From positions 7,352 through 71,351 of the forward strand of contig URJS01000003.1 in NCBI GenBank assembly GCA_900548205.1: a stretch of 64,000 nucleotides of DNA, written 5' to 3'. Source of the DNA: an uncultured Roseburia sp. Lineage in GTDB: Bacteria; Bacillota; Clostridia; Lachnospirales; Lachnospiraceae. Under the pieces are notes generated by a model that did not search any database, was not told the DNA's origin, and saw only the letters and a list, made by a program, of their open reading frames with translations. Of the stretch, positions 38,009-48,043 are shown piece by piece; position 1 is the first letter of the stretch, and every line of letters starts with the position of its first letter. A program made the translations under genes and the position numbers.

Positions 38009-39490
38009 ATGGGAAAGAAATCATTGGTAAAAAATTCAATCTTCAACATGGCGTATAAGGGCTTTACAGCCCTTTTCCCGTTGGTGACAACCTCCTATAT
38101 TTCGCATGTGCTGCTGCCGGAGGGCGTCGGAAAGGTGGCGTATGCCAATACGATCGTGGCGTATTTTGTTCTGCTCGCATCGCTTGGACTGCCAAGCTAT
38201 GGCGTGAAAGCGATCGCGCAGAATGATGAGACGAAGGAGCAGAGAAGCCGTACGTTCTTTGAATTGTTTTTTATCAATCTGGCAGCGACGCTTTTGTGTA
38301 TTGCGGCATATTATGTGTTCGTCACTTATTTTCCGCACTTTGCGGACCGCAGAGAGCTCTTTTGGGTGATGGGGCTTTTGCTGATCCTTAATATTTTTAA
38401 TATCGACTGGTTTTATCAGGGCATGGAGGAGTATACCTACATTGCGACAAGAAGCTTTGTCGTAAAGATCGCATCGTTTGTGCTGATGCTTCTGTTTGTA
38501 AAGGACAGCGGGGATTACCTGATCTATGCGTTTATTCTCTGTCTTGCGACTGCCGGAAACAATCTGCTCAATGCGTTCCAGCTGCGCAAATATGTTACGC
38601 TTTCCGTACTTTTTACGAAAAAGAACGGAAAGCAGACACAGAGCGGAAGGGGGATGGGGCAGCATCTGCGTCCGGTATTTATTTTGCTTGCGTCAACGAT
38701 CGCGACAGAGGTTTATACCATGCTGGATACGGTGATGCTTGAATATTATCACGGTGATGTTTCTGTCGGGTATTACTCCAATGCAGTTAAGATCGTGCGC
38801 ATGACCTATACCGTAGTCATCGCGCTTGTGGCGGTCTTTTATCCGCGCATCAGTATGTATTATAAACAGGGTCGGCAGGAGGCGTGTAATGAACTGCTTA
38901 GCCGGGGGACGCAGATTTTGCTGCTGCTCGCCCTGCCTTGTACAGTCGGGCTTTTGCTGACGGCGGATCAGATCGTCCCTCTGCTTTTCGGAGAGGCGTT
39001 TTTGCCGGCAGTTGGAACGCTTCGGATTCTTGCCATTCTGGTGCTCGTGTTTTCGATTGCTTATTTTTTGGGGCATATTGTTTTGACGGCAACCGGAAGG
39101 GAGCGTATGATTTTGCGTGCCACGGTCGCGGGTGCAGTCATCAATACAGCGGCAAATTTCCTGTTGATCCCAAGACTTCGGCAGGACGGAGCGGCGGCGG
39201 CGTCCGTGCTTTCCGAGCTTACGGTGACTGCGCTTCTTCTGTGGTATGCAAAGGATTGCTATACGATCCGCGTGGGCCGCAATTATCTGTGGAGCACGGG
39301 CGCAGCGCTTCTTGTCATGGCAGGTGTGGTGCTTGGGATGTCCGCGCTTTTTCGGGGCATGTCCGGCGGTGTGCTGCTTGTGATCGCAGCGGGAGCCGTC
39401 TGCTATGTTGTTTGTCTGCTGCTGTTTCGCAACGAGCTTTTGATGGAGCTGATCCAAAAGCTTAAGATGCATAAGGCGGGCAGGGGATAA
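38009..39490 (+). CDS. wzx: Polysaccharide flippase
   Basis: KNSIFN, LGLPSYG, IDWFYQGME, VGYYSNAVK, GAAAASVLSE; about 12-14 TMs. Confidence 0.93.
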   Translation: MGKKSLVKNSIFNMAYKGFTALFPLVTTSYISHVLLPEGVGKVAYANTIVAYFVLLASLGLPSYGVKAIAQNDETKEQRSRTFFELFFINLAATLLCIAAYYVFVTYFPHFADRRELFWVMGLLLILNIFNIDWFYQGMEEYTYIATRSFVVKIASFVLMLLFVKDSGDYLIYAFILCLATAGNNLLNAFQLRKYVTLSVLFTKKNGKQTQSGRGMGQHLRPVFILLASTIATEVYTMLDTVMLEYYHGDVSVGYYSNAVKIVRMTYTVVIALVAVFYPRISMYYKQGRQEACNELLSRGTQILLLLALPCTVGLLLTADQIVPLLFGEAFLPAVGTLRILAILVLVFSIAYFLGHIVLTATGRERMILRATVAGAVINTAANFLLIPRLRQDGAAAASVLSELTVTALLLWYAKDCYTIRVGRNYLWSTGAALLVMAGVVLGMSALFRGMSGGVLLVIAAGAVCYVVCLLLFRNELLMELIQKLKMHKAGRG

Positions 39491-39493
39491 CGT

Positions 39494-39522
39494 TTGCAGA
39501 GAGAACAGAGAAATGGTATCAT
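39494..39522 (+). promoter_or_regulatory. Putative sigma-A promoter upstream of DUF6077-like pairs 2 and 3
   Basis: TTGCAG-N17-TATCAT with extended TG. Confidence 0.5.
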
Positions 39523-39548
39523 TTGAGGACTATAAGTGAGGTGATGAG

Positions 39549-40574
39549 ATGAATTCGGCGATCGGGACAGTCGTTGTGCTGTTCATACTGGGCGTTTTGT
39601 TTTTCTTGACAGGTCATTGTTTTTGCGGCGTTTTTCACAGAAAGGAGCGCCCCTCGTTTCAGCTGCTGGTCGGAGCAGTCGTGTTTTTTGCCGTTTTTTC
39701 GTTGATCGAGCTTCCGGCGGAGAAGCTTAAGCTTCCCTTTCATATGCTTGTGTATCTGGAGCTTGCCGCTTTTGCGGCAGTGCTCTTTTGGTGCGTTCGC
39801 TTTTGCTGGAAGGAAGAGATGCTTGGAAAAAAAAGGGAATGGGTACAGATAGATGCAGTCACATTGGCGCTGCTCCTGCTCATTGGGCTGCAGGTGATCT
39901 ACGGAATGAACAACGGCATCCGGATCAACGGCTTTGACACCTCCTACTATAACGGACATGCCATCAACGCGCTTTACACCGACACAATGTATCAGTACAG
40001 CGCGCGGTCGGGAGAGTTTATCGGCTCCGAGAGCTATGTGCACGACGGTTATCCGATGCTGATCGCTTTTTTGTCAAAAATCTTTTGGATGCACCCGTTG
40101 GTGATGACAAACAGGGTTCTTGCCTGTGTGGAGATCATTCTAATGAATCTGGTCGTGTATGAGATTGCATATCGGTTGTCAAACGGAAACCGGAGAATTG
40201 GAAACTGGACGGTCGGACTTCATGCGGGGATCAGCATTTTCTGTTATCAATTTGACGAGGGACGCGGGTTTTATCTGTGGCAGAGGACGGCAGAGTCAAA
40301 GTCTATGCTGGCAAATCTTTATCTGCCGCTTGCGCTGCTTGTGCTTGTTTTGCTGGCGAAGGAGATGGGCGGGCGATATTATTGGGCGCTGCTTGCGCTT
40401 GTCTTTTTTACAGGCGCTTCGCTGTCGATCAGCGGGATTTTTATTTTGTGCGTCATGATCGGCGGTGGTCTGCTTGCGCTTCTTTGCTATCAGCGGCGCT
40501 GGCAGTATTGGGTTCGTGCGGCGCTTTGTATGCTGCCGGGAATGCTGGTCGGTATCATCAGGCTGTTGTTGTAG
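39549..40574 (+). CDS. DUF6077-like multi-pass membrane protein, copy 2
   Basis: GFDTSYY, DTMYQYSARSG, WMHPLV, RTAESKS align with copy 1. Confidence 0.7.
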   Translation: MNSAIGTVVVLFILGVLFFLTGHCFCGVFHRKERPSFQLLVGAVVFFAVFSLIELPAEKLKLPFHMLVYLELAAFAAVLFWCVRFCWKEEMLGKKREWVQIDAVTLALLLLIGLQVIYGMNNGIRINGFDTSYYNGHAINALYTDTMYQYSARSGEFIGSESYVHDGYPMLIAFLSKIFWMHPLVMTNRVLACVEIILMNLVVYEIAYRLSNGNRRIGNWTVGLHAGISIFCYQFDEGRGFYLWQRTAESKSMLANLYLPLALLVLVLLAKEMGGRYYWALLALVFFTGASLSISGIFILCVMIGGGLLALLCYQRRWQYWVRAALCMLPGMLVGIIRLLL

Positions 40575-40593
40575 ATGTGAGGATAGAGGCAAT

Positions 40594-41406
40594 ATGCAGG
40601 AAATGGATTGGAATCTTGAGCTTTACAGGGGTATTTTTACAAATTATTGGGAGTACGGACTGTTTTTCGTGATTTATCTGGGCGGTCTGCTCTATGTGGT
40701 ATATCAGAGGGACGCGCTCATGAAGCGGGTGTTTGTGATGCCGTTTTTGATTTTTTTATTTACGGTCTTTAACCCGTTTGTGGTGGAGCCGGTTCTTAGA
40801 AATGCAGCGGATTTCAGAGACCGCTACAGCCGGTTTTTCTGGATGCTTCCGGCAGAGATTTTAAGCGCTTATCTGCTTGCCTGTCTGATTGAACGGCAAA
40901 AGGACGGACGGCAGAAAACGGCTGCCGTTCTCTTGATCGTCTGTCTGCTTTTTTTGAGCGGCGGCAGTGCGACAGGTCTGCAGCTTGATGATAACATTTA
41001 TAAAATCGATGATCAGGTGATCGAGGTCGCAGAGCTGATCGGGGAGCATGCAGAAAACGAGCGGCCGGTCGTTTTTTATGATGAGGAGCTCTACTACTGG
41101 ATCCGGCAGTATGACGCATCCCTGATCGCGGCGGTAAATGCGGGGGAAATGCAGCTGTACCGCTGGGTCGTAAAGGAGGACATCGATCCAAACGAGCAGT
41201 ATGAGAGCGAAGGGCGTGCGCTCTCCATGTTTGTGCGGGGCGTGGAGGTAGAGCCGGAGACGGTAAATCGGGCGATCGAAACCCGGGAGGTAGATTTTTT
41301 TGTGCGCAATACCGGGTTTTATTCCGAGGAATATCTAAAGCAGTTAAATATCGAGTATGTAGACAGCGTCGACGGATATGAGCTGTATCGCTGTATACAC
41401 GGTTAA
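40594..41406 (+). CDS. Membrane protein, partner of DUF6077-like gene, copy 2
   Basis: FNP, YSRFFWMLP, YYWIRQYD align with partner 1. Confidence 0.7.
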   Translation: MQEMDWNLELYRGIFTNYWEYGLFFVIYLGGLLYVVYQRDALMKRVFVMPFLIFLFTVFNPFVVEPVLRNAADFRDRYSRFFWMLPAEILSAYLLACLIERQKDGRQKTAAVLLIVCLLFLSGGSATGLQLDDNIYKIDDQVIEVAELIGEHAENERPVVFYDEELYYWIRQYDASLIAAVNAGEMQLYRWVVKEDIDPNEQYESEGRALSMFVRGVEVEPETVNRAIETREVDFFVRNTGFYSEEYLKQLNIEYVDSVDGYELYRCIHG

Positions 41407-41420
41407 GGAGGAGAAGGAAG

Positions 41421-42401
41421 TTGCTTATCGTTGTAAAAATTTTTGCGGTAATCTATCTGTGGCTGATCTTTCCGCTTCTGCTGGGGAGCGTATGGAGAAA
41501 ACCGGATGGCAAAATGAGAAATCAGCTTCTGATCAGCTACCTGACCGGACTTGTCACACAGTGGGCGATATTTTTTGTGCTGGCAAAATGGGCGATTGAC
41601 AGGGAGCTGCCGGTGCAGGAGCTTGGAAGGCTCTGGATGATCTGCCAGCTGGCGCTGACCGTGTTTGCGGTGGCGTGGGGCATAAAAAGACGTATTTTTA
41701 GACGGAAGCGCCTTGTCTGGAAATGGGAGTGGCTTGGGCAGGGAGCCGCGCTGCTTATTCTCATAGGACTGGCGTTTGTGTTTGGGGGCAGCGGTCAGAA
41801 GGAATATACGGCGGAGGCGGCGCTTACGATGTATGCCACAGATACCCTGTATGTCTATGATCCGACGACCGGAAAGGGGGCACAGGAGATGCTTCCCGTG
41901 CAGATCGAGGAGCTGAAAGCGGCGGCACAGTCTCCGATGGAGGCATATTATGCGGTGAACGGACGGATATGCAGATTAAATCCGGTAAAGCTGATGAAGC
42001 TTTTGCTCCCTGTTTTTTTGATGACGTTTTATTATGGCGTATATCACATCTGGGCGTTTGAGCTGTTTGGCAGAAATAAGCGCAAGCGGGTGCTGTTCCA
42101 GTGTATTTTATGGCTGTTATATGTGTCTGTGTTGTTTTCGGACCGGGCGGCCATGGTGCAGATTTTTGCAAGCTGTTGGAATGGAGAGACACTGTTTTTT
42201 GCGGGATTGCTGCCGTTTGCAGTGTGGCTTTTGCAAAGAAAGGAAAATCGCCTGATGTGGGGACTGTCTTATCTGGTCTGTGCCGGCGCAGGGCAGCTTT
42301 TGTATCAGCACGGTGGATTTATCATAACGTTTCTCTGGGCGGTGGCGGCGATCGCAGAATGGATAAAGGGAGAATGGAAAAAGGATGATAGAAGCATTTG
42401 A
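41421..42401 (+). CDS. DUF6077-like multi-pass membrane protein, copy 3 (divergent)
   Basis: DTLYVYDPTTG, RLNPVKL, CWNGET align with copies 1 and 2; TTG start after AGGAGG. Confidence 0.65.
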   Translation: MLIVVKIFAVIYLWLIFPLLLGSVWRKPDGKMRNQLLISYLTGLVTQWAIFFVLAKWAIDRELPVQELGRLWMICQLALTVFAVAWGIKRRIFRRKRLVWKWEWLGQGAALLILIGLAFVFGGSGQKEYTAEAALTMYATDTLYVYDPTTGKGAQEMLPVQIEELKAAAQSPMEAYYAVNGRICRLNPVKLMKLLLPVFLMTFYYGVYHIWAFELFGRNKRKRVLFQCILWLLYVSVLFSDRAAMVQIFASCWNGETLFFAGLLPFAVWLLQRKENRLMWGLSYLVCAGAGQLLYQHGGFIITFLWAVAAIAEWIKGEWKKDDRSI

Positions 42402-43176
42402 GGCGTTAAGAGAGCAATTTCATACCTTTGGGACAAGCAGCATCAGTCCGGCGCTGGCGGGGGCTGTGCTGTTGTTTTGCATGGCGCAGCGGGAACGGCT
42501 AAGAGGCGGTGCCAAAAATCTGACGCAGTATGGGATGTTGATTTTTTTGCTTTTGGCAAATCCGTTCGGCTATGAGATCATCCGCTCCTTTTGGATGGAG
42601 GACTATTGGAAGCTGTTTATGGCGGCGCTTCCCTTTGTGTTTGTGGCGTTTGCCGCAACACAGCTTGCCGCAGGCTTAAAGAGTGTTTTAAAGGGTGCGG
42701 TGATGCTTGTCTGCTGCATAGGCGTGATCGCAGCCGCTTCGTTTTTTACATTTGACGGGAAGCCGGTGCAGGCGGTGAATGATCGGGGGCAGCAGGAGCG
42801 CGAGGCCGCGGCGGTGAATGAGCTCATTCAGACCTCCGGCATTGTGCCGCAGAATATGATCGCGCCGAGAGAAATCTGCGGGCTGATCCGGGAGGTGAAC
42901 CCTCAGGTGAAGCTGATGTACGGGGAAGCCATGATCGAGAAAATGGTGGATAAGACGCTGCAGCTTGAGGATGAGGAAATGCAGAGATTTGTGGATCTGT
43001 GCACCGCGATCGTTGCCGTTCCGTCTGCGGTAGAGTATCAGATCCAGGCGGCGGATCTGTACGGAGGGAACTGCATTTTGCTGGAAACGGAGTACGAGGA
43101 CGCCGCGCAGCTTACGCAGGCGGGCTTTGTCTGCGTGGGAAGAACAGAGAAATATGCCTTGTATTTCAGGCAATAA
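42385..43176 (+). CDS. Membrane protein, partner of DUF6077-like gene, copy 3
   Basis: ANP, YWKLFMAALP, IREVNPQVKLMYG align with partners 1 and 2. Confidence 0.65.
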   Translation: MIEAFEALREQFHTFGTSSISPALAGAVLLFCMAQRERLRGGAKNLTQYGMLIFLLLANPFGYEIIRSFWMEDYWKLFMAALPFVFVAFAATQLAAGLKSVLKGAVMLVCCIGVIAAASFFTFDGKPVQAVNDRGQQEREAAAVNELIQTSGIVPQNMIAPREICGLIREVNPQVKLMYGEAMIEKMVDKTLQLEDEEMQRFVDLCTAIVAVPSAVEYQIQAADLYGGNCILLETEYEDAAQLTQAGFVCVGRTEKYALYFRQ

Positions 43177-43196
43177 AAATATAGGCAACATAAATA

Positions 43197-43225
43197 TAGA
43201 TATTGCAGATTGTCTATGCTATAAT
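43197..43225 (+). promoter_or_regulatory. Putative extended -10 promoter upstream of the second priming transferase
   Basis: TAGATA-N17-TATAAT with TG extension (TGcTATAAT). Confidence 0.55.
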
Positions 43226-43266
43226 AGCAAAGTATATGTCTTGTTGAGAAAGAGGGACGAATGTAA

Positions 43267-44616
43267 ATGAGGATCAAAGAACAATACAAGCATTTGCTCA
43301 ATTACAGCGCCAATTTAATATCCTTGGCGGTAGAGGGAGCTGCCTTTGCCTTTATCTGGTACAACGTGTATGAGGACTCCTACGGATTTTTCCGGAGAGG
43401 AAACTGGGCAGTGGTCGGTTTATATGTATTGATCATTTTCTTTTTTACAAAGGTATTGGGCGGATATAATATCGGCTATATGAGAATTGCGGATATTGCG
43501 CTGTCTCACGTCCTGTCGATTTTGCTAAGCGGCGTGATCGGTTATCTGGAGCTGTGCCTCATCTGCCGGGATTATGTCAGCGTGAATCCTGTGCTTGGTG
43601 TTATGATCTTTGAGATCCTATTTATTCTGCCATGGATCTATGTGGTGAGAAAAATATATACATGGCTTTATCCGCCGCGTCAGATGCTTGTGATTTACGG
43701 GGAGTATTCTCCCGATGACCTGATCGCGAAGATCAATACAAGGAAGGATAAGTACAACATCTGTGAATCTGTCAGCTACCGGATTGGGTATCAAAGCCTG
43801 TATCCGATGATCCGTCAATACAATGCGGTCGTGCTCTGCGATCTGCCGTCACAGGCAAGAAATCAGATCATGAAGTATTGCTATCAGGAGTCGGTCCGCA
43901 CCTATGTGACGCCGAAGATTTCAGATATTCTGTTTCGCGGAGCAGACGATATCCACCTGTTTGACACCCCACTTTTATTATCCAGAAATCAGGGGCTGTC
44001 AATCAATCAGAGGATCGTAAAGCGCATTTGCGATGTGCTGCTTTCTCTGATCGGAATTATTCTGGCATCTCCGTTTATGCTTTTGATCGCGCTTGCGGTA
44101 AAGCTTTACGACAGAGGTCCGGTGCTTTATAAGCAGGAGCGTCTGACGAGAGACGGCCGTCCGTTTCTGATCTATAAGTTCCGAAGCATGGAGATGGATT
44201 CGGAAAAGAACGGCGCCAGACTTGCGGCGAAGGGGGACAAGCGTGTCACTCCGGTGGGACGGGTGATCCGCAATATTCATTTTGACGAGCTGCCGCAGCT
44301 TTTTAATATTTTAAAGGGTGATATGTCGATGGTCGGACCAAGACCGGAGCGGCAGGAGATTTCGGATAAGTATGAGGAGACGATTCCCGAGTTTGTGCTG
44401 CGCACAAAGGTGAAAGCAGGTCTGACCGGCTATGCGCAGGTATACGGAAAATATAACACGATGCCGTATGATAAGCTGAAGCTTGATCTGACCTATATCG
44501 AGAATTATTCTCTGTGGCTTGATATTAAGATCCTGCTGCTGACCTTTAAGATTTTATTCCAGAAGGAAAATACGGAAGGGGTCGACGAGGAGCAGCAGAC
44601 CGCGATGAAGCGCTAG
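43267..44616 (+). CDS. Priming phosphoglycosyl transferase, copy 2
   Basis: KRICD, YKFRSM, DELPQLFNILKGDMSMVGPRPER, KAGLTGYAQV. Confidence 0.93.
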   Translation: MRIKEQYKHLLNYSANLISLAVEGAAFAFIWYNVYEDSYGFFRRGNWAVVGLYVLIIFFFTKVLGGYNIGYMRIADIALSHVLSILLSGVIGYLELCLICRDYVSVNPVLGVMIFEILFILPWIYVVRKIYTWLYPPRQMLVIYGEYSPDDLIAKINTRKDKYNICESVSYRIGYQSLYPMIRQYNAVVLCDLPSQARNQIMKYCYQESVRTYVTPKISDILFRGADDIHLFDTPLLLSRNQGLSINQRIVKRICDVLLSLIGIILASPFMLLIALAVKLYDRGPVLYKQERLTRDGRPFLIYKFRSMEMDSEKNGARLAAKGDKRVTPVGRVIRNIHFDELPQLFNILKGDMSMVGPRPERQEISDKYEETIPEFVLRTKVKAGLTGYAQVYGKYNTMPYDKLKLDLTYIENYSLWLDIKILLLTFKILFQKENTEGVDEEQQTAMKR

Positions 44617-44624
44617 GTGATGAG

Positions 44625-45434
44625 ATGGGATTTTCAGTATTAATGTCAGTGTACTGCAAAGAAAAACCGGAATATTTAAGGCAGGCGTTTGAGAGCCTGT
44701 TGTCCCAGACGCTGCTGCCCGACGAGGTTGTGCTGATCAAGGATGGTCCTCTGACAGAGGCGTTAGAAGCAGTCATCGCAGATCAGAAAGAGCGCTTTGC
44801 GCGCATGGTCGTGTTTGCGTTTGAGGAAAACGTACAGCTTGGAAGGGCGCTGGCAAAGGGCGTAAAATTATGCACCATGGAGCTGATCGCGCGGATGGAT
44901 ACGGACGATGTTGCGCTGCCCGATCGGTTCGCACATCAGTATACATTTTTGCAGCAGCATCCGGAGGTCTCCGTTGTGGGCGGCTGGATGGAAGAATTTA
45001 ACGATGAGGGGACTTATCAAAGCGTTAAGCAGATGCCGGAGAAAAATGAGGAAATCCGTAGATACGGGCGTTACCGCAATCCGGTCAACCACATGACGGT
45101 TATGATGCGGAAGGACGATGTGCTTCGGGCAGGAAATTACCGTCACTTTCCGTATTTGGAGGATTATGAGCTGTGGAGCAGAATGCTTGCGGACGGTATG
45201 GTGTTTTATAATCTGCAGGAGGTGCTTGTGCGTATGCGAAATAACAGCGATGTGTATGAACGGCGCGGCGGGATTGCCTATGCGCGCAATTATTTTGCAC
45301 TGCGCAGGGAGCAGCGTGCGCTTGGGCGTCTGACACGCGGCGAGTATCTTGTTTCGTTGTGCTTAACCTTTGGGATCACGCTGCAGCCCGGATTTTTAAG
45401 AAAATTGATTTATCGAAGATTATTGCGTAAATAA
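44625..45434 (+). CDS. GT2 glycosyltransferase (AmsE-like)
   Basis: SVLMSVY, KDGPL, ARMDTDD, EDYELW. Confidence 0.9.
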   Translation: MGFSVLMSVYCKEKPEYLRQAFESLLSQTLLPDEVVLIKDGPLTEALEAVIADQKERFARMVVFAFEENVQLGRALAKGVKLCTMELIARMDTDDVALPDRFAHQYTFLQQHPEVSVVGGWMEEFNDEGTYQSVKQMPEKNEEIRRYGRYRNPVNHMTVMMRKDDVLRAGNYRHFPYLEDYELWSRMLADGMVFYNLQEVLVRMRNNSDVYERRGGIAYARNYFALRREQRALGRLTRGEYLVSLCLTFGITLQPGFLRKLIYRRLLRK

Positions 45435-45443
45435 GAGGACGTT

Positions 45444-46436
45444 ATGGGAAAAATATTGAGTATTGCAGTACCGGCATACAATGTAGAAAAATATTTGGAG
45501 CGATGCCTACAGTCGTTGGAGGTGGAGGAGTTTCTCACAAAGCTTGAGGTTTTGATCATCAACGACGGCTCCGTCGATGCGACGCCGGAGATTGCAAAGC
45601 GGTACTGCGAGAAATATCCGCAGACGTATTTTTTATATAACAAGGAAAACGGCGGGCATGGATCTGGGATCAATTATGGCATTCAGAACGCAACGGGGAA
45701 ATATTTTAAGGTGGTGGACGGCGACGACTGGCTGAATACGAAGGAGCTGCCGGAGTTTTTACGGCTTTTGGAGGCTTCGGATGCCGATATTGTGGCGGCG
45801 GATTTTTTGTGTGTGGAGGATGAGACAGATCGGATTTTGCAGGAAAGATACTGCACAAAGAAAGAAAGCCAATATGGAAGCCTGTGCGAGTTCTCCAAAG
45901 GCGAGGTCGACGAGGTGATCAAAATGCATGCGCTCACGATCCGCACAAGCATTTTAAAGGAGCACGGGATCACGATCGACGAGCATTGCTATTATGTGGA
46001 CTGCGAGTATATCACCTATCCGGTTCCTTATGCCGGAACGGTCTATTTTTATCATAAGTTTATTTATATGTATCGTCTGGGAAGAAACGGGCAGAGCATG
46101 GAGATTCGGAGCATGCAAAGAAACCGGGCGCAGCATATGCAGGTGTTAAGCAGTCTGTTAAGCTTTTATGATAAACTTCCCGCCCTGTCGGAGGGAAAGC
46201 GGGCTTATATCGAACGATGTATTGCGCAGGTGGTGGAGAATCAGTTTCAGATTTATATCAGCATGGGCGTTCAGAAGGGCATTTTTTCGGAGCTAAGGCG
46301 CTGGGATGAGGCGCTCAAAAAAAATTATCCGCGCATCTATGCGGCGACAAGAAAGAAAAGTATTACGTTGCTTCGGCGGACAGGGTATCTGGCGCTCCCG
46401 TTCGGCACATTTGTATACCGGCTGGTAAAGGGGTAA
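45444..46436 (+). CDS. GT2 glycosyltransferase
   Basis: PAYNVEKYL, NDGSVD, NGGHGSGIN, VDGDDW. Confidence 0.9.
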   Translation: MGKILSIAVPAYNVEKYLERCLQSLEVEEFLTKLEVLIINDGSVDATPEIAKRYCEKYPQTYFLYNKENGGHGSGINYGIQNATGKYFKVVDGDDWLNTKELPEFLRLLEASDADIVAADFLCVEDETDRILQERYCTKKESQYGSLCEFSKGEVDEVIKMHALTIRTSILKEHGITIDEHCYYVDCEYITYPVPYAGTVYFYHKFIYMYRLGRNGQSMEIRSMQRNRAQHMQVLSSLLSFYDKLPALSEGKRAYIERCIAQVVENQFQIYISMGVQKGIFSELRRWDEALKKNYPRIYAATRKKSITLLRRTGYLALPFGTFVYRLVKG

Positions 46437-46448
46437 CACAGGGAAATA

Positions 46449-46477
46449 TTGCCAAGCGCCGGAAGATACGGTATAAT
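46449..46477 (+). promoter_or_regulatory. Sigma-A promoter of the second wzm/wzt-glf module
   Basis: TTGCCA-N17-TATAAT. Confidence 0.7.
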
Positions 46478-46508
46478 TTCGTTACTATTTTGTGAGAGGT
46501 TCTAAAAG

Positions 46509-47282
46509 ATGAAGAAAAAGGGTTTGGTAGCTTACAAGGATCTGATGTATGAGCTGGTAGCAAAGGATATTAAGCTAAAGTATCGCAGAAGCATTTTGGG
46601 ATATTTGTGGAGTATCTTAAATCCGCTGATGATCATGCTCGTCATGGTGCTGGTGTTTTCCAGCATTTTTCGCTTTGATGTCGAAAATTATCCGGTCTAT
46701 CTGATCATCGGACAGACGATTTATAATTATGTGACAAATGCGACAAATCATGCCATGTATTCGATCACGGACAACAGCTCTCTTTTGAAAAAGGTCTATG
46801 TGCCCAAATATATTTTCCCGTTTTCTAAGGTGACGAGCGATATGGTTGATTTTCTGTTTTCGCTTGGCGCGATGGTTTTGGTTATGGTGATCACGCAAAC
46901 AGAGTTTTCGATGTATCTGGTACTTCTGCCGTATGTCGCGCTGCAGCTATATGTGTTTACTCTCGGAATGAGCCTGTTTTTGTCGCAGGCGACTGTATTT
47001 TTCCGTGATATGAGATATATTTACGCAGTATTTTTGACGGCATGGATGTATGCGACGCCGATTTTCTATCCGGTAAGTATTCTGCCGCCGAAAATCCAGT
47101 GGGTTGTGACGCATCTAAATCCGTTGTACTATTATATAGAACAATTCCGGTGCATTGTGCTGGAGCGTGCGATGCCTTCCTTCCAGCTGTTTTACAGAGG
47201 GTGCATCATTTCGCTGCTTGTCTTTGCGATCGGGGCATGGTTTTTCCGAAAGAATCAGAATAAGTTTATTTTGTACATTTAA
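46509..47282 (+). CDS. wzm: Polysaccharide ABC transporter permease (copy 2)
   Basis: DIKLKYRRSILGYLWSILNP, LLKKVYVP, FFRD, TPIFYP, LNPL. Confidence 0.93.
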   Translation: MKKKGLVAYKDLMYELVAKDIKLKYRRSILGYLWSILNPLMIMLVMVLVFSSIFRFDVENYPVYLIIGQTIYNYVTNATNHAMYSITDNSSLLKKVYVPKYIFPFSKVTSDMVDFLFSLGAMVLVMVITQTEFSMYLVLLPYVALQLYVFTLGMSLFLSQATVFFRDMRYIYAVFLTAWMYATPIFYPVSILPPKIQWVVTHLNPLYYYIEQFRCIVLERAMPSFQLFYRGCIISLLVFAIGAWFFRKNQNKFILYI

Positions 47283-47300
47283 AGGGAGAGACACAAACTG

Positions 47301-48038
47301 ATGGATGAAAAGTATATGATTGACGTCGATAATGTTACGGTCCGGTTTAATATGGCGTCGGAAAAGGTAGATAATCTCAAGGAATATTTTGTAAAAATGT
47401 TAAAGCACCAGCTAATGTTTCAGGAGTTTCTGGCGCTTAAGGATGTGTCGCTTAAGATCAGACCGGGCGAGGCATGGGGCTTGGTCGGCACGAACGGAGC
47501 GGGAAAGTCAACGATGCTAAAGCTTATCAGCGGCATTTTAACGCCGCATAAGGGCAGCGTGCAGGTGAACGGAACGATCGCGCCGCTCATTGAGCTTGGG
47601 GCAGGGTTTGATATGGAGCTGACGGCAAGAGAGAATATCTATCTGAATGGCACATTGCTGGGGCATTCCAGAAGGTTTATGGACGAGCATTTTGACGAGA
47701 TCGTAGAGTTTGCAGAGCTTTGGGATTTTTTAGATGTTCCGATCAAGAATTATTCCTCCGGTATGCAGGCGAGAATCGGATTTTCCATTGCGACGATGGT
47801 AAGACCGGACATCCTGATCGTGGATGAGGTTTTGTCAGTCGGAGATTTTAAGTTCCGGGAAAAATGTAATGCGCGTATGGAGGAGATGCTCTCGTCGGGA
47901 ACGACGCTGCTATTGGTATCGCATTCGATGGAGGATATTTTGAAGCTTTGCGATCATGCGGCATGGCTGGATAAGGGCGTGCTGAAAATGAGCGGCGATG
48001 TGCAGGCGGTAACGGAGGCATATGTCAAAGGAGTATAG
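47301..48038 (+). CDS. wzt: Polysaccharide ABC transporter ATPase without C-terminal CBM (copy 2)
   Basis: GTNGAGKST, YSSGMQAR, IVDEVLSVGD; only 245 aa. Confidence 0.93.
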   Translation: MDEKYMIDVDNVTVRFNMASEKVDNLKEYFVKMLKHQLMFQEFLALKDVSLKIRPGEAWGLVGTNGAGKSTMLKLISGILTPHKGSVQVNGTIAPLIELGAGFDMELTARENIYLNGTLLGHSRRFMDEHFDEIVEFAELWDFLDVPIKNYSSGMQARIGFSIATMVRPDILIVDEVLSVGDFKFREKCNARMEEMLSSGTTLLLVSHSMEDILKLCDHAAWLDKGVLKMSGDVQAVTEAYVKGV

Positions 48039-48043
48039 GCGGG

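Noticed and set aside
25293..39834. A8 tracts at 25293, 29691 and 39827 as phase-variation switches
   Set aside because: They are short, in-frame Lys-codon runs, and an equal tract occurs in housekeeping aroK (3081).
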